Shown one piece after another: positions 17,388 through 32,254 of a stretch of DNA of 64,000 nt. Position numbers and translations under genes: made by a program. Where the stretch lies: NCBI RefSeq assembly GCF_009914755.1, contig NC_060936.1, one strand, 5' to 3'. The notes beneath the pieces are model-generated. The model was not told the origin of the DNA. It made no database searches and saw only the letters and a list, made by a program, of their open reading frames with translations. The number at the start of each line of letters is the position of its first letter. The first letter of the stretch is position 1. The stretch comes from the human T2T-CHM13v2.0 reference genome, Homo sapiens.

Positions 17388-18229
17388 TTATAGGGTTAAG
17401 CCAAGGCTAGGTGAACCAGTTCTTTTAGTAAAAAACTCTGTGGGACATGAAGAATATAAGCAGGGCAGGGGTGAAATGAATAATAATGATGATAAAAAGA
17501 GCCAACATTTATGGAAAATTTAATACATACCAGACCAAATGCTAAAAGTGTAACATTCATTTTTTAATCCCTCTAAGACATGCAAAGCAGCTACTTCTAA
17601 AGTACAAAGAGGTTAATTAATTTGCTTGATATCATATTGCTACTAGTTGGCATCATGGGGATTTCAGAGCACGGGTTCTAGTATTCCAAGCAACATACAT
17701 GTGATGGCCATCTTTTCACAAGCAAAATTCAGGATATGGGGCTTAAAATATATCAGCATGCATTGGGCTCAATGAGAATGAACACTTGAAATTAGGATTG
17801 TTGAGGAAAATCCTAGCAGTAGAGTCATTGCCCTTAGAAAATTGCCAAAGAAAATTATGGATCATAATTTGTCTGTGTTTGGTTGGCAATTTCTATTCTT
17901 GCCTCTTTGGCAATAAGGAAATTATGCTGTTTATATTCAGAGTATGTAATTAGCATCATCCCGACTGACCTATTGGAAGTTAAAAATAGTTTTGCTCAGA
18001 GTCCATCTAATCACTGACAAAAGCATTTCCCGATTGACTTGGTAGAGGTTACTGATGATTACACCTATACTTTCCCCTGGCTTTCAAAATGCCATTTAGA
18101 GAGGATAAATTGGTTCATAATGAAAGCTCTCACCAATTTTTGAAATGTACATTGAGCATTGATCTTGTCTTTTTCTTTTTTTTTTTTAATAAAGACTGAA
18201 ATGTATTATTGAGGTACTGGGACATGTGA

Positions 18230-18566
<337 letters not shown>

Positions 18567-19979
18567 TTACTTCTTTCTGTTTTTTTAACTCTTGGATCAG
18601 ATTTTACAAAGGAATGATATGTAAACAACACACATTTTAAGCCTATTTGCAGGGTTGACTTCAGATGTGGAGGTGGAGTAGGCAGATGATTGACTAGTGT
18701 GATCTGAGAGTTTTGAAAAACTATTTCTATTGTTACCCTGACACTCTGAAACTGTGGCCAATTGGCTAAACTCCTGCATATAAAAGAAATGGAGTTGTTT
18801 GGGCTAAAATATGGAGGAAAGAGTGGGAGATTTATGCCCTACTATCTTGGTTTCTTTTTGGAACTTCTATCTGTACCCTTTGAAAATCATTGCTGGCCAA
18901 CACTGAAGAAGTGGTTAACTCTGCGTGAGTAAGCAATCACCACCTGGCTACTGGGCCAATTGATTTTGACCTAGAGGAAAGTTTTCATAGAACGGTAATG
19001 TTTGATAGGAAGGAAGAATGGCCTTTACTGACTACCTATTACATGGCAGACACTACAGGTGTTTTATAGATGTTGGTCATTTAAAACCCCTAATAGGTCT
19101 GTGTGGTAGTGATTGGGATGGAAGGAGACTGAAGAATAGGAAGAACAGTAGCTGAAATCCTGAGTGAGATCTCTCTGTGAACAGATTTCAGTGACCTACT
19201 TTGAGCTCCTAAGTCCACATCCGGATCTAACATCTCACCACTTCAGTGGTGAAGAAGGAAGATCTGGGGATTCCTATTGTAATTTTTCAGTAGCAATTTG
19301 TATAACTTTATAGCGAGTAAGCAGTGGAGCCAGAATTTATACCAATATTCATTATATCAGGTCTCCTAACCATAAAAGCCACATCTCTTTCCTCTTATAT
19401 GGGGAGGAAGTATTATGTAAGATGAGAGGTTAAAACGTGGGCTGACAAGCCACATTGCCTGGTTTCTGATCCTTACTCTACCACTATGGCTACTTGTGAG
19501 ATCTTGAATGAACTACTCAATCTCAGTATGCCTGTCTCCTCAAAGGTAAATGTAGAGAGGGATACTCCGTGTTTAGCAGCTATCTCACAGGTCTTTAATA
19601 CATGTAATGAGCTTGGTATACAATAAGCCTTCAATAAGTTGAGCTTTTGTCACTAATTGTTATTGTGATCAAACTGAGAGGCTATTCCTCTGTCCAGTTC
19701 TGAAACAGGGCTGAGCTGGAGATCATGGCTGGCTACCAAGGCAAAGGGCACAGGCTTCTTGGTCAGTGGTTAAAAAGGGAACATTGATGCTGAAAACAAG
19801 CCTTGCCCATTTCAGTATTTTGCCTTGAAGTGGTCCTAGAGAACTACACTCTCTAAGCCCTGAGGTTTCTCAACAATAAATAGTAAGCATTGGTAGAGCT
19901 TATTCTTAAAATTATTATTATATGAAGAGAGATCTAAAGGTCTAAAGGTAGGCTAACAAGTTCCATGTAAGTGATGCCA

Positions 19980-21482
<1,503 letters not shown>

Positions 21483-22069
21483 ACTCTCATATATATGAGA
21501 GGCATATTTATATATATCCATATATACGTGGTCATTTTTGGAAGCTAGAAAAATGTCAAATTAGTGGGAAGTATGGCAGTGAATTCCCAATTATGCCTAT
21601 GCAGATAAACTACCCTATGGCACTTGGGCATGGCTCTCTCCATCCCATCTTAAAATCCGCGGACATCTCAGTTCTCCCTCTTGCCATCCACCCATTCCTG
21701 AATCAGGCTACCAGTACAGGGGAGGGCCTAGCTCTGCCTTCATAAGTTTGCTAATATGGGCATATAGAAATCCTATTTTCCATTTGATTATATACACTAG
21801 TGATAACTTCCATTACCACAAAATATTAGCATGCTGGATAGCAGCTGTTAACACGTTTTCAGCAACCGGTAAACTGAGGTAGCAGTTGCTATTAGGTGTG
21901 GAAGGAAACAGAGGCCACACATACATGATGGAAAGGAGGTTACATTCAGGAAGAGAGGAATTGGTCAGATGTAGTCAAAGGGTCTTCCTGCCCTATGCCG
22001 CAGAGGTATCATTTAGGTATCATAGAATGACAGGCTCCGGAGAGCCTCAGACTGCAAAAACTTTAAAAA

Positions 22070-22222
22070 TTGTACATGAGTATGTGTGCTGATGTACATA
22101 TGTGTGTATGCATGTGTATACGTGTGCTTATGTGTGTATACATATGTATGCATGAGTGTATTTGTGCATCTCTATGTGTGTATGAATGTGTGTATGTGTG
22201 CATATGTGTGTGTGTGTGTGTG
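22070..22222. repeat. Imperfect (TG/TA)n microsatellite
   Basis: Alternating purine-pyrimidine tract just upstream of the CpG island. Confidence 0.9.
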
Positions 22223-22774
22223 ATACCAGGCAGGTTGGAAAGTAAGTGGAAGACTTCTCATACTCCTCATGGGCTCTGCCTCTCCCCACCCCCACATCCC
22301 CACACCACCAACAGACAAAAACAGAAATCATGTTTTGCGACCTGAGATTGCTTTCGAAAGTTTGTAGCTCTTCGAGGACATTCCAGTGGGACCCTCATTG
22401 GTTCCCTGCAGGATGGTGGATTTTCTGTCAGCCGCCCCCCAACCCCCACCAGGTTCCTGAGTCCGTCCCTCGCCTGCAGCTGCCGCTCTGCAGAGGCGGG
22501 CCGGCCCGGGCAGGCTCGGCCCGTGGCGCACGCGGCCCGCGGGCTGGAGTCAGCCCGTGGTGCGGGCGAGAGGGCAGGGGCGGGGAGAAGCCATGCCTCC
22601 AGCTGCAGAGGTTGCACACAGCTGGCATGATCGCGGTCACCTGCGCGGCGCCGGTGCCCTTGCGCTCGCGTTGCCCGGCCCGCGGCCGCGGACTTTGCGG
22701 CGGGAGCGCGGCGCGGTGAAGCACCGGCGCGGAGGGCGCCCGGCGTAGGCGGCGGCGGGTGTGGGCCGAGCCGG

Positions 22775-22782
22775 TATTTATA
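22775..22782 (+). promoter_or_regulatory. TATA-like element TATTTATA (TATAAATA on - strand)
   Basis: Isolated AT run inside the CpG island, ~140 nt upstream of the exon 1 donor. Confidence 0.6.
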
Positions 22783-22805
22783 GCTCCGTGACAGCAGCAG
22801 CGGCA

Positions 22806-22920
22806 GCGACGCCGCCGGCCCGTCTCGCCGCGCTTCCCAGCGAGGCCGCCGGCGCGCCGAGGGCTGTGCTCGACCGCGAATCCCGTGTGCAGTCGCCCCG
22901 CGCCCCGCGCGACCCTTCGG
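22806..22920 (+). other. TMEM117: TMEM117 non-coding exon 1 (start approximate)
   Basis: GC-rich, ATG-free segment ending in donor CGG|GTGAGT at 22921. Start inferred as ~30 nt downstream of the TATA-like element. Confidence 0.8.
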
Positions 22921-24052
22921 GTGAGTACGTGGGCCCGGGCGTTGGGCGAGCCTCCCCAGCCGTTCGGTCCAGCCGCAGCGGAGCCCTCCCGGCCCTGCCG
23001 CCCGTGTCCCGGCTGCCACCTCGTCACTGCCCGCGAGTGCGGAAGCAGCCGCGGAACCCCGGCCCGGCCCCCGAATTCTCCGGCGCCTCTGCTCCTGCCT
23101 TCCTGGGGATGGCAGCCAAAGAGGCAGGGTGAAGTGTCAAGGAGGGAGGGGGGACGCGCCAGCCCTCTGGCTAAGGGCAGAGGAGACTCCCGGGCGAAAG
23201 GCTCTTGGTGGGAGTCCTCAAACTCCCGGCTCCAGTGTGTGTGCAGAGATACGGCGGGAGAGCAGACCTTGAACTTTCCTTGCTTCAGCGATTCCTAGCC
23301 TAGGAACTGAGTAAAAGCCCTATTTTTCTTAATTAAATTAACAGGTTGCAGTTCGTAGGTGTTGTTCTTGGGAAAAAAACAAAGACTTGGGTGTTTGGGT
23401 GTTTGCTAACTTCATCGTGACTAAATAAAACTATTTTTTTTCATTCCTATTTTTGAAAATGCCACAGGCCCACAAGTGTGTTCTACCCTCTGTGGAACAA
23501 TGAAGTATGTGTATGTGTGTGTGGGTGTGCGTGTGTGAGAGAGAGAGAGACACGGGAGTAAACATCACATGCTTATCAGGAACCAAAAAGGAAAAAAAAT
23601 GAGTAAAAGTATGTTGAATATAAGGGTATGTATTGCCCCCAATTATAAATGATGTATTGTCTGAAATCCAAGGAAGGACTTCTAGGAAGCTACAGGGTTT
23701 TGTTTTGGCTTCAGAAACAAGGTCTTCCAATTTATTGAATATAAAAGTAGTTGAATCCCTGTAAACCCCATTTTTTTTTGTAAAGTATTGACATTTGACC
23801 ATGGATATACTTTCTTTTATCCCCCAAGTCTTTATAGTTTAAAAGTAATTATGGATTTTGACATTTTGTCTCAGGCATTTATCCCTCCTATTCCACCCTC
23901 CATCTGATCCGTGTGATGAGAAACTGGCTCTTGTCAGTTTTATCTAAGTTTCTTTAAGCTGTCATTAAAAAATAAACTTTTCACATGAATTCTATTTAAT
24001 TCATTAAATGTGTTTTTCTTTGGCATTGTGTTTGGAATATGATCATGGCAAT

Positions 24053-24367
24053 TTCTTTTCTTTTCTTTAATTTCTGTCTTTCTTTCTTTCATGGAGTCGG
24101 GCTCTGTCGCTCAGGCTGGAGTGCAGTGCCATGATTTCCAGCTCACTGCAACCTCCGCCTCCCGGGTTCAAGGGATTCTCCTGCCTCGGCCTCCTGAGTA
24201 GCTGGGATTACAGGCGCGCGCCACCATGCCTGGCTAATTTTTGTATTTTTAGTAGAGATGGGGTTTCACCATGTTGGTCAGGCTGGTCTCGAACTCTTGA
24301 CTTCGTGATCCGCCCGCCTTGGCCTCCAGAAATGCGGACATTACAGGTGTGAGCCACTGCTCCGGGC
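24053..24367 (-). mobile_element. AluS
   Basis: TSD ggcaattYctt. Confidence 0.9.
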
Positions 24368-25689
24368 TGGCAATTCCTTATTGCAAACAAATCACTGAAA
24401 AGGAGGTCTAAACATTTTTAAAGGATATAGTAGTGATTATATTTTAATTTTATAATGTGCTCCGGCTCATAAATATTTTGCCATTTCAATGGAGAGTTTT
24501 CTCTGTTCAGAGGACCCCTAGACCTACTTTGCTTTTGGAGTTGCTGTTTTAAAAACTTGCATTGATTAAGCAATTTGTTTACCCAAGGACTGCAGGATAG
24601 GAACAAGGGAAGAAAAATCACTTAAAGGTTGAGACAATGTGAAGAGAAAATCTAGGAAGTGATTTATAGATGTAAACCTCTAAATTAGCTAAGGTACCAC
24701 AAATATTATCCTGGAATCTATCAGAACCACTTATGGTGGTTTTATTGATTGACTTAAAAGGTTGCTTTTTATTTAAAAGCCCCTGTGGTCTTTTGTATTA
24801 GACTAAAAGTAAGAAGTTCTAACTTTATTTCTGTTATTATTGCTATTTGTGTTTTTTTTTTAACCTGTATTAGGCACTTGCATTATGTAAAATGCTATGT
24901 ATAATCTTTTCCTGCCTTTTTATCTAACAATTTAAGATAATGTACTCAGACCTGTCATTACCTCAGGACTGGTCTGTGTGTATGTGTACATATGTGTGTG
25001 TGTGAGACCAGGTAGGTTGGAAAGTAAGTATAAGACTTTTCATACCCCTTGTGGGCTCTGCCTCTCCCCACCCCCACATCCCCATACCACTAATAGACAA
25101 AAACAGAAATGATGTTTTGCCACCTGAGATTGCTTTTGAAAGTTTGTAGCTCTTTGAGGACATTCCATATATTTGGTTTTTCACCTTTCTTCCATTTATC
25201 CTTTTGCAGATTTGGATATGTATTATCCAGACTCTACTCTCTCTGGAATGGAGTCTTCCAGTTTTTTTTTTTTTTTTTTCCCTCACCCAGGCTGGTCTGT
25301 TACGTGTTATCCATACATCTGTTTATTCATTTATTCATCCATCAGCAAATATCTATAGAGGGCCTACTAGATTCAAGTCATCACTTAGTACTTACTCTTA
25401 CTTCCTTCCCATTGGAATTTTATTCTGTGTTTTATACTTCACACAATGGTAACTAAGAGTAATAACTTTGGGGTTATATAGAGGTAGTCGTGCCTGTTTC
25501 TGTCAGCTGGTAGCTTTATGACCCTGGACAGATCATAACCTCTCTGAATTTCTGTTTCTTCACTGGTAAATCCAAATGGCAGGTATCAGGAATAATTGAG
25601 AGAATACATGGATAGTGATTTCCAAGAGCCCAACCCCTAAAAGCACTAAAAAGTGTTAATTACAAGTTTGCTGTCTATATCTACTGCAT

Positions 25690-26533
25690 CCCTCTTCATC
25701 TCAGGAAATGCATTTTCCATCTCAGGAAATGCATTTTCTATCTCAGGAAATGGCAGTTCCATTCTGGATTTTGCCTAGGTCACATCTACATCCAATGTAT
25801 TAGTAAATTTTATTAGTTATTTTTGAATGTGTCCAGAACCAGAGTTGTTTAAACTGCCTTAATTTCTCTCTGCTTGGTCCAAGTTGCTGCATCTTTGGCA
25901 ACGGCTTCCTCAGTAGCTTCCCTGCTTCTGTTCCTTGCCCTCCTTTCTTACAAAATATTTTCAACCAGGAAACAGACAGGCCTTTCTGTCATATAAGTCA
26001 GATTGTGTCCCTCCTCTGCTTCCTGTCCCACTCAGGGTGAAAGCCCACATACGAGGGCTTCAAGGCCTGCTCATGATCAGATGCTACCTTCTGTACCTAA
26101 TCTCTTTCATACTCCCCTGCACCTGCTCCCCATCCAGTCATACTGCCCTCCTTAACGATCCTTAATTTGCTCTAAATGTGCACCCAACAATGGCCTTTCC
26201 AAGTTTTGTTCCCTCTATCTGGATCACACTTTCCCTAGATAGCTGCTGTCTTCTCTCCCTTCTTTCATGCCTGTCTTCTAATGTCACCTTATAATGAGGT
26301 CTTCAACTTCCCTCACACCTGACACTCCCTGTTAACTTTTCCTTGCTTTAATTTTCTCTTTGAACTTTCTTAAATACTGTGTTTAGTTTTTATCTGTTTA
26401 ATATCTGTTTCCCTCAAAGAAACTATCAGATGCATGGCAACAGGACTTTGTCTGGTAGTTACCCTAGCACATAGGCCAGTGCCTGGCAAAAAATAGGCAA
26501 CTGGTAAATGTTGAACAAATGAATGAATGAATG
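25690..26533 (+). mobile_element. L2 element, 3' part
   Basis: ...agtgcctggcaaaaaataggcaactggtaaatgttgaacaaatgaatgaatgaatg L2 terminus. Confidence 0.7.
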
Positions 26534-28410
26534 TTATTATGGAATTAACAAATCTGTACATCATCACTTTTATATGATGATCAGCACTCTTTTGCTCTGA
26601 AACTTTTGATAATTCTCTATTTTCAGTAAAATACAGACCAACACTTTTGGATAATCTTTGTTGGACTGGCTCCAAATTATCCTTAACTCTCACAGGATAA
26701 CCCCAAGCACCCAGTGTTCCAGCCACACAGAACTAGTGATACATCTCTACATCAGCCCCAGGCGGTTTCCTTTGTGCCTTTGCACAAAATAGAAGTACTG
26801 TGATTTTTTTTTTTAATATCAGATGGCTTTATTTTTCTAACTAACGTAAAGGGTAAGATTTTAGAATTTATGTCCTTGTGTGTGGAAGGCATTGCATGGA
26901 GTGTTGAAGCCAGGTGGCTTGGATTTAAATTGTGGCTCTGATATAAATTAATTTTGTTATTCTTTACAAGGTACGGAACTCTAAGTCTCTGTTGCAATAT
27001 TTGTAAAATGAGGAAAATAATATTTTCTTCATTGGGTTGCTATGAAATTTAAGAGATGCTTGTAAAGCTCATCAGCATAGTATCTGGTATATAGTATGTG
27101 CTTAATAAATGTTAGCCTTAGAAATATTAATTTAACACCTCGTGCTGAAATGAGAGGGAGTTGAGGGGGGGTGCATTAGTATTGTTACTGGCCACGTCAT
27201 CAATGCAGTCCTTGGACTCCACTGCTTCTCTTCGCTTTGTTTGCCTTAGCGGAAGTTGAATGGCAGGTTGCTCCACCTTCTCATCTCACCTAAACAATGA
27301 GGGAGCTTCTCTTTGTGAGTGTACCACTCAGCTCATCCAGTAGATGCCTACTGATCACCCAGTATGAGCCCAGTATTGTGCTGTGCCCTGGCAGTAAACA
27401 GCCACTTCTCTGAGGAGCTTATGATCAAGTGAGGGAGACAAACACATACATAGATAATTTCACTATAGTGAGCCAGGAGCTAAGATAAAAGCTCATTCTC
27501 ATCTGTGGTTATAGAAATGAATTTTTAAAAATGGAAAGGTTTTGCAGACTATGTGCCCTGTGTAACATAGTCCATTTGAACAGCCTCAAGCCTGCATTTA
27601 AATTAACAGTAGATACACCAAATGATCATACTGATTGTAAAGATGTTTTATGTGCACTACAGAGGTGAAAACAGTTTTGGTTCTCTGGATAATATTGGGG
27701 TACCTAAGGAACTAGAAAGTAGGGCTGAGAGGACTAGGCAAACATTTGCAGCCTGTGTACGAAGTCATGAAGTGAGGATAAGCAGAGGTTTAATTCAAAT
27801 TATTATGTAAGGGTTTGAAATTTGGGACCCTCTAGAAGATATCACTTCAACTTCAGAATTATGAGGCAAGAATAAATTCCAGCCAGCTTAAATGATCAAT
27901 AATGGAGTCCTGTTTTGTTCTGCTAGTTGAAATTGTTAGTGGAAATAAAGAATGAGCTGTAAGCATGATGGGAAATATCTTACTGGAAGAAACACTTCCA
28001 GCTTTGTGGTATATTAGAAAGATTAAGGGCTAGGTGTAAGTCTGGATTCAAATCCTGATGTTTCCACTTGTTATATAAATTAAACAGGCAGCAACTGCTC
28101 TGAGCCTTTGTTTTCTTCCCTGTAATGTGGCAGTGATAGTAGCATTCATGGCATTACTGTGGTAATTAAATAAGATCATGTACTAGTGCAGGATTATTGC
28201 TCAATGCTATAGTTCTCTTCCCTAAATAATATAAATGCTGGAGAGAAACAGCTGTCTCAGAAATTTTTTGAATGTTCTAATTTAACTTGAGCATGTGGAC
28301 ATTACATAGCCCACGAAGCAAGTTTCCGAACTTAAAAACAACAAGAAAATAAGTATGTGCTAGCCTCCAAAATGCGTGTATTTAAAAAAAGAGTCAAGAT
28401 TATATGTATT

Positions 28411-29797
28411 GGAATTGATCTGGCCGTCTGCAGGAAATGGTGATCAGGCCCTGGAGTCAGCCTCAGAGGCTCAGATCACAGCTCTTCTGAGAGGTGACTT
28501 TGGGCCAGTTACAAAGTCCATGTGAGCCTCAGTTTCCTCTCTGTAAAATGAAGTGATAGGAATGATAATAATGGTATTTCAGTAGTATTTCTAAATCCTA
28601 CTGCCTTAATTCTGTGTGTTCATGGTGGGAGGGGAGGTGGTGATAGCAACCATATCAGAATTCTTCACTGGCGAAAGAAGCAACAGCAGCCTGTAATAAC
28701 AGCTTCTTAAATAATACTCCTTTCTAGTTCTGATGGGCATATGGGAACTATTTCTTTTTCATGACTCACTGGTGACCAGTGATGAATTTTTTTTGTAGTG
28801 GTGGTCTGTGGACACTTCCAAAACTGTTGTGTGAAATCGAGTTCAAAACCAACCTATTCTGGCATTCTTACACATTGAATATCATGAAAACACATAAAAG
28901 TTCATTTTTTTTGTTCTTCACTACTTGCTCTGCTCTCTTTGATGTGAGAGTCACACATATAAGTTTCTGCTGCTATAGCAGGTGATGAGCCTCATACTGA
29001 AAAATATGAAAACAAAAACAAGACTCTTGAGGTAGTCACCATTCCTAGGTGGTCCAAGCTACAGCCCCTGGGGACAGATTTCAGAGTGTTCACAAAGATA
29101 ACAAGGGACTTAAAATTGCTTAGAAGGCTTATGAATCCAGGGCACAGTCACTATTTGCTTGGCTGAATTCTATTGCCAATGTTTATATTGCCAATGTTTA
29201 TATTGCTTTTGTAAAATAGTCATGACAAGTCCTCATTAACTAAGATTGTGGGTTGAATTGGCATTCGTCAGCCCAGAATATTGGATTGGGACTCAGGAGC
29301 CTTGGAGGCTATCTCAGATCTTCCATTGACTTACTTCAGGCTTGTGGCATGGTCTTTGTGATTTCAGTCATGTATAAAGTGAGAATATTTATTAATGGAT
29401 ACTCCCCCCACCAAGTGTTCAGGGTTTATAAAGGATTCTTTCTCAACACACACACACACACACACGTGCACGCACACACACAATTTTTTTTTATGCATTA
29501 GAAGTAGATATATTACAGAGTTATTATAATTGTGTCTGGAGAAGAACATGTCTCCAGAAGACATTTAAGGGATGGCATCCCTGGGACTGGGACCTGGGCC
29601 TGCTCTCTAGGCAAGGAAGGTGCAAGGAGTTGATCTGGCTGTCTGCAGAGAATGGTGATCAGCACCTGGAGTCAGCCTCAGAGATTCAGATCAGAGCTCT
29701 CCTGCTAGGTGACTTTGGGCAAGTTACAAAATCTGTGTCAGCCCCAATTTCCACCCTGTAAAATGAAGTGACAGGAATGATAATAACAGTATTTCAG
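28411..29797 (+). repeat. Paired 172-bp duplication (28411-28582 and 29626-29797)
   Basis: Ungapped manual alignment, ~24 mismatches. Confidence 0.88.
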
Positions 29798-29860
29798 GGG
29801 GTTGTTATGACAAAAATGATACAATGATACACGCAGACATCCAGCACAGAGCCTGGCATG
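29626..29860 (+). mobile_element. MIR element (probable source of the 28411-28582 duplicate)
   Basis: gtgactttgggcaagttac...ctgtaaaatg...gggttgttatga...agcacagagcctggca MIR core. Confidence 0.7.
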
Positions 29861-30777
29861 CAAACTGCTGTAGGCTTTGTAAAGGACCCTCTTCCCCCTC
29901 TTCCCCCTCTTCCCTTTCTGAATTCTAACTAAACTGGGAGAGAAGAAAAATGAATTGGCAGATGGCAGTCAAATTTTTGTCTGTATTATTTTTGATATCT
30001 AAGATTTAATCAGTGTTATTGCTGAAAAACAGACATAGTTTAGTCTGAGAGCCAAATGGGCTCACAAAGTCCAAACCCCAGAATTAGATAGACATAATCA
30101 TCCACTTACAAGCCCTGGTGGACCCAGACAGATCTCTTCATGTGGAAGTTACAGCTTGTGTTCTTTATGGGCAGGCCGGTTCCCAAAGAGGGGAGAAGGA
30201 GGAGCTAAGCAAGACTTTGGAGGTGGGCCTGAACATTTTCATTTTAAGACAGCTATGTACTTCCAGTGCACATATTCAGGTTAGGACCTACTACTGTGGG
30301 CATATTACATATTTTGCAGTGCTCTGTGCCTTTGGATGTGCCGTAGCCACTGCCTAGAGTGGCTTGCCTTCTATCTGTCCCTTCTTCACTAGTAAAAAAA
30401 TTCTACTAATCCTCCAACCTTAAACTTGGGGATATCCTTTGTGAAATCTTCCTCTTTATTCTCATTCACCCAATGCAAAGTTGCCCAGTCCTTTCTGTGG
30501 GCTACTACTCTACTGTAGACTTAGCTATTTCATAGAACTTACTCTCTATTGAAATTATTTGATAACTAGGCTGTGAACATTTTAATAAAAGTTTATTCAC
30601 CTGTATACATTTGTCAATGTTTAGAAGAAGATCTGAAAGTAATTACACCAAATTCATAAGCAATCATAACTCTGAGGAGAGGGATTTGGGCAGAGGAGAG
30701 AATATTGTTTAACTTTTGTTAATATATGCTCATTTTACCTCTATATTGTTTTGATTTTGTAATAATCAAAAAGAGGA

Positions 30778-31030
30778 GGCCGAGTATGGTGGCTCACACC
30801 TGTAATCCCAGCACTTTGGGAACTTTAGGTGGGCAGATCATTTGAGCCCAGAAGCTCAAGACCAACATGGAGAAACCCTGTCTCTACAGAAAATACAAAA
30901 GTTAACCAGGCGTGGTGGCACATGCCTGTGGCCACAGCTACTGGGGAGGCTGAGGTGGGAGGATCACTTGAGCCCAGGAGGTGGAGGCTGCAATGAGCCA
31001 TGGTTGTGCCACCTCTGCATTTCCGCCTGG
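30778..31030 (+). mobile_element. AluJ, 3'-truncated
   Basis: Alu body with no tail. Confidence 0.85.
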
Positions 31031-31347
31031 GAGGGCCTCTACATGTCATCTTGGTCACCATCCCAATTTTGGACAGTGTTCTGCCCTCTCACATCCCATT
31101 GTCTCCCCATACTCTTTCATTGTTTTTCTTTCCTAAGTCCCCAGATGATCAGAGGTATGATTAGATGTTAGGGAAGGGACAGTATTCGCTTTCCTCATTC
31201 TCAGACTTGTCTTGGAGCCATGAGTAGGAACAGGTATCATCTTTTCCAAATACATTTTTATGGAACTGTTATAAACCTGAACTGATAAAAAGAAGAAAGC
31301 CATTACTTGTTTTCCTCCTCTAACCCTATCTATCTTTTCTTATACAG

Positions 31348-31652
31348 GTAAACTACGAACTGGGAGTTCTGAAGAATGGGTAAAGACTTTCGTTACTATT
31401 TCCAGCATCCCTGGTCTCGCATGATTGTGGCTTACTTGGTGATCTTCTTTAACTTCTTAATATTTGCGGAGGACCCAGTTTCTCATAGCCAAACAGAAGC
31501 CAATGTTATTGTTGTTGGAAACTGTTTTTCATTTGTTACAAATAAATACCCTAGAGGAGTTGGCTGGAGGATTTTGAAGGTGCTTCTATGGCTACTTGCC
31601 ATTCTCACAGGACTAATAGCTGGCAAATTTCTGTTCCATCAGCGTTTGTTTG
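31348..31652 (+). other. TMEM117: TMEM117 exon 2 (28 nt 5'UTR + 277 nt CDS)
   Basis: Branch-like ctaac (31320-31324), pyrimidine tract ctatctatcttttctt, acceptor tacAG ending 31347; donor GTAAGT 31653-31658. Confidence 0.92.
31376..31652 (+). CDS. TMEM117: TMEM117 first coding exon (N-terminal 92 codons + 1 nt of a multi-pass membrane protein)
   Basis: Translation MGKDFRYYFQHPWSRMIVAYLVIFFNFLIFAEDPVSHSQTEANVIVVGNCFSFVTNKYPRGVGWRILKVLLWLLAILTGLIAGKFLFHQRLF(G) is recognised as the TMEM117 N-terminus. Strong Kozak agaATGG, in-frame upstream TGA at 31370-31372, phase-1 donor TTG|GTAAGT at 31653. Confidence 0.96.
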
Positions 31653-31886
31653 GTAAGTACCATGACCCATGAAATGTAATATCACTAATTATTTAATTTC
31701 TATTCTCCAAGATACAACTTTGCTATTTCTAAGTGCCAATGTAGGAGGCATTTTAGTTTGTCCTCCTGCCTTAAGTTGTTATGCATGGTTGTAACTGGGT
31801 TCTTCAACTACTCTCTGTTAATGGTTTACTTTTCCTACTGTCTAAGGAAAATTAGCACGAGGTAAAATTAGTACCAAACTTCATTA

Positions 31887-32207
<321 letters not shown>

Positions 32208-32254
32208 GAGCATTAGAGATAAAATGAATATATACCTAGTCATTTTTTAAAAAC

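Larger units (their letters stand above)
22430..23200. promoter_or_regulatory. TMEM117: CpG island promoter of TMEM117
   Basis: Abrupt rise in GC and CpG density in an AT-rich background; GC box GGGGCGGGG at 22577-22585; overlaps exon 1. Confidence 0.92.
22187..25167 (+). repeat. Paired ~195-bp duplication (22187-22385 and 24975-25167)
   Basis: Manual alignment, ~90% identity. Confidence 0.92.

Noticed and set aside
22246-23298. Long overlapping ORFs (up to 250 aa) on both strands at the CpG island
   Set aside because: Stop-poor GC-rich DNA with Ala/Arg/Gly/Pro-rich output and no recognisable homology.
31653-31672. ORF-track extension GKYHDP* of the TMEM117 frame
   Set aside because: Read-through into intron 2 past a canonical donor.
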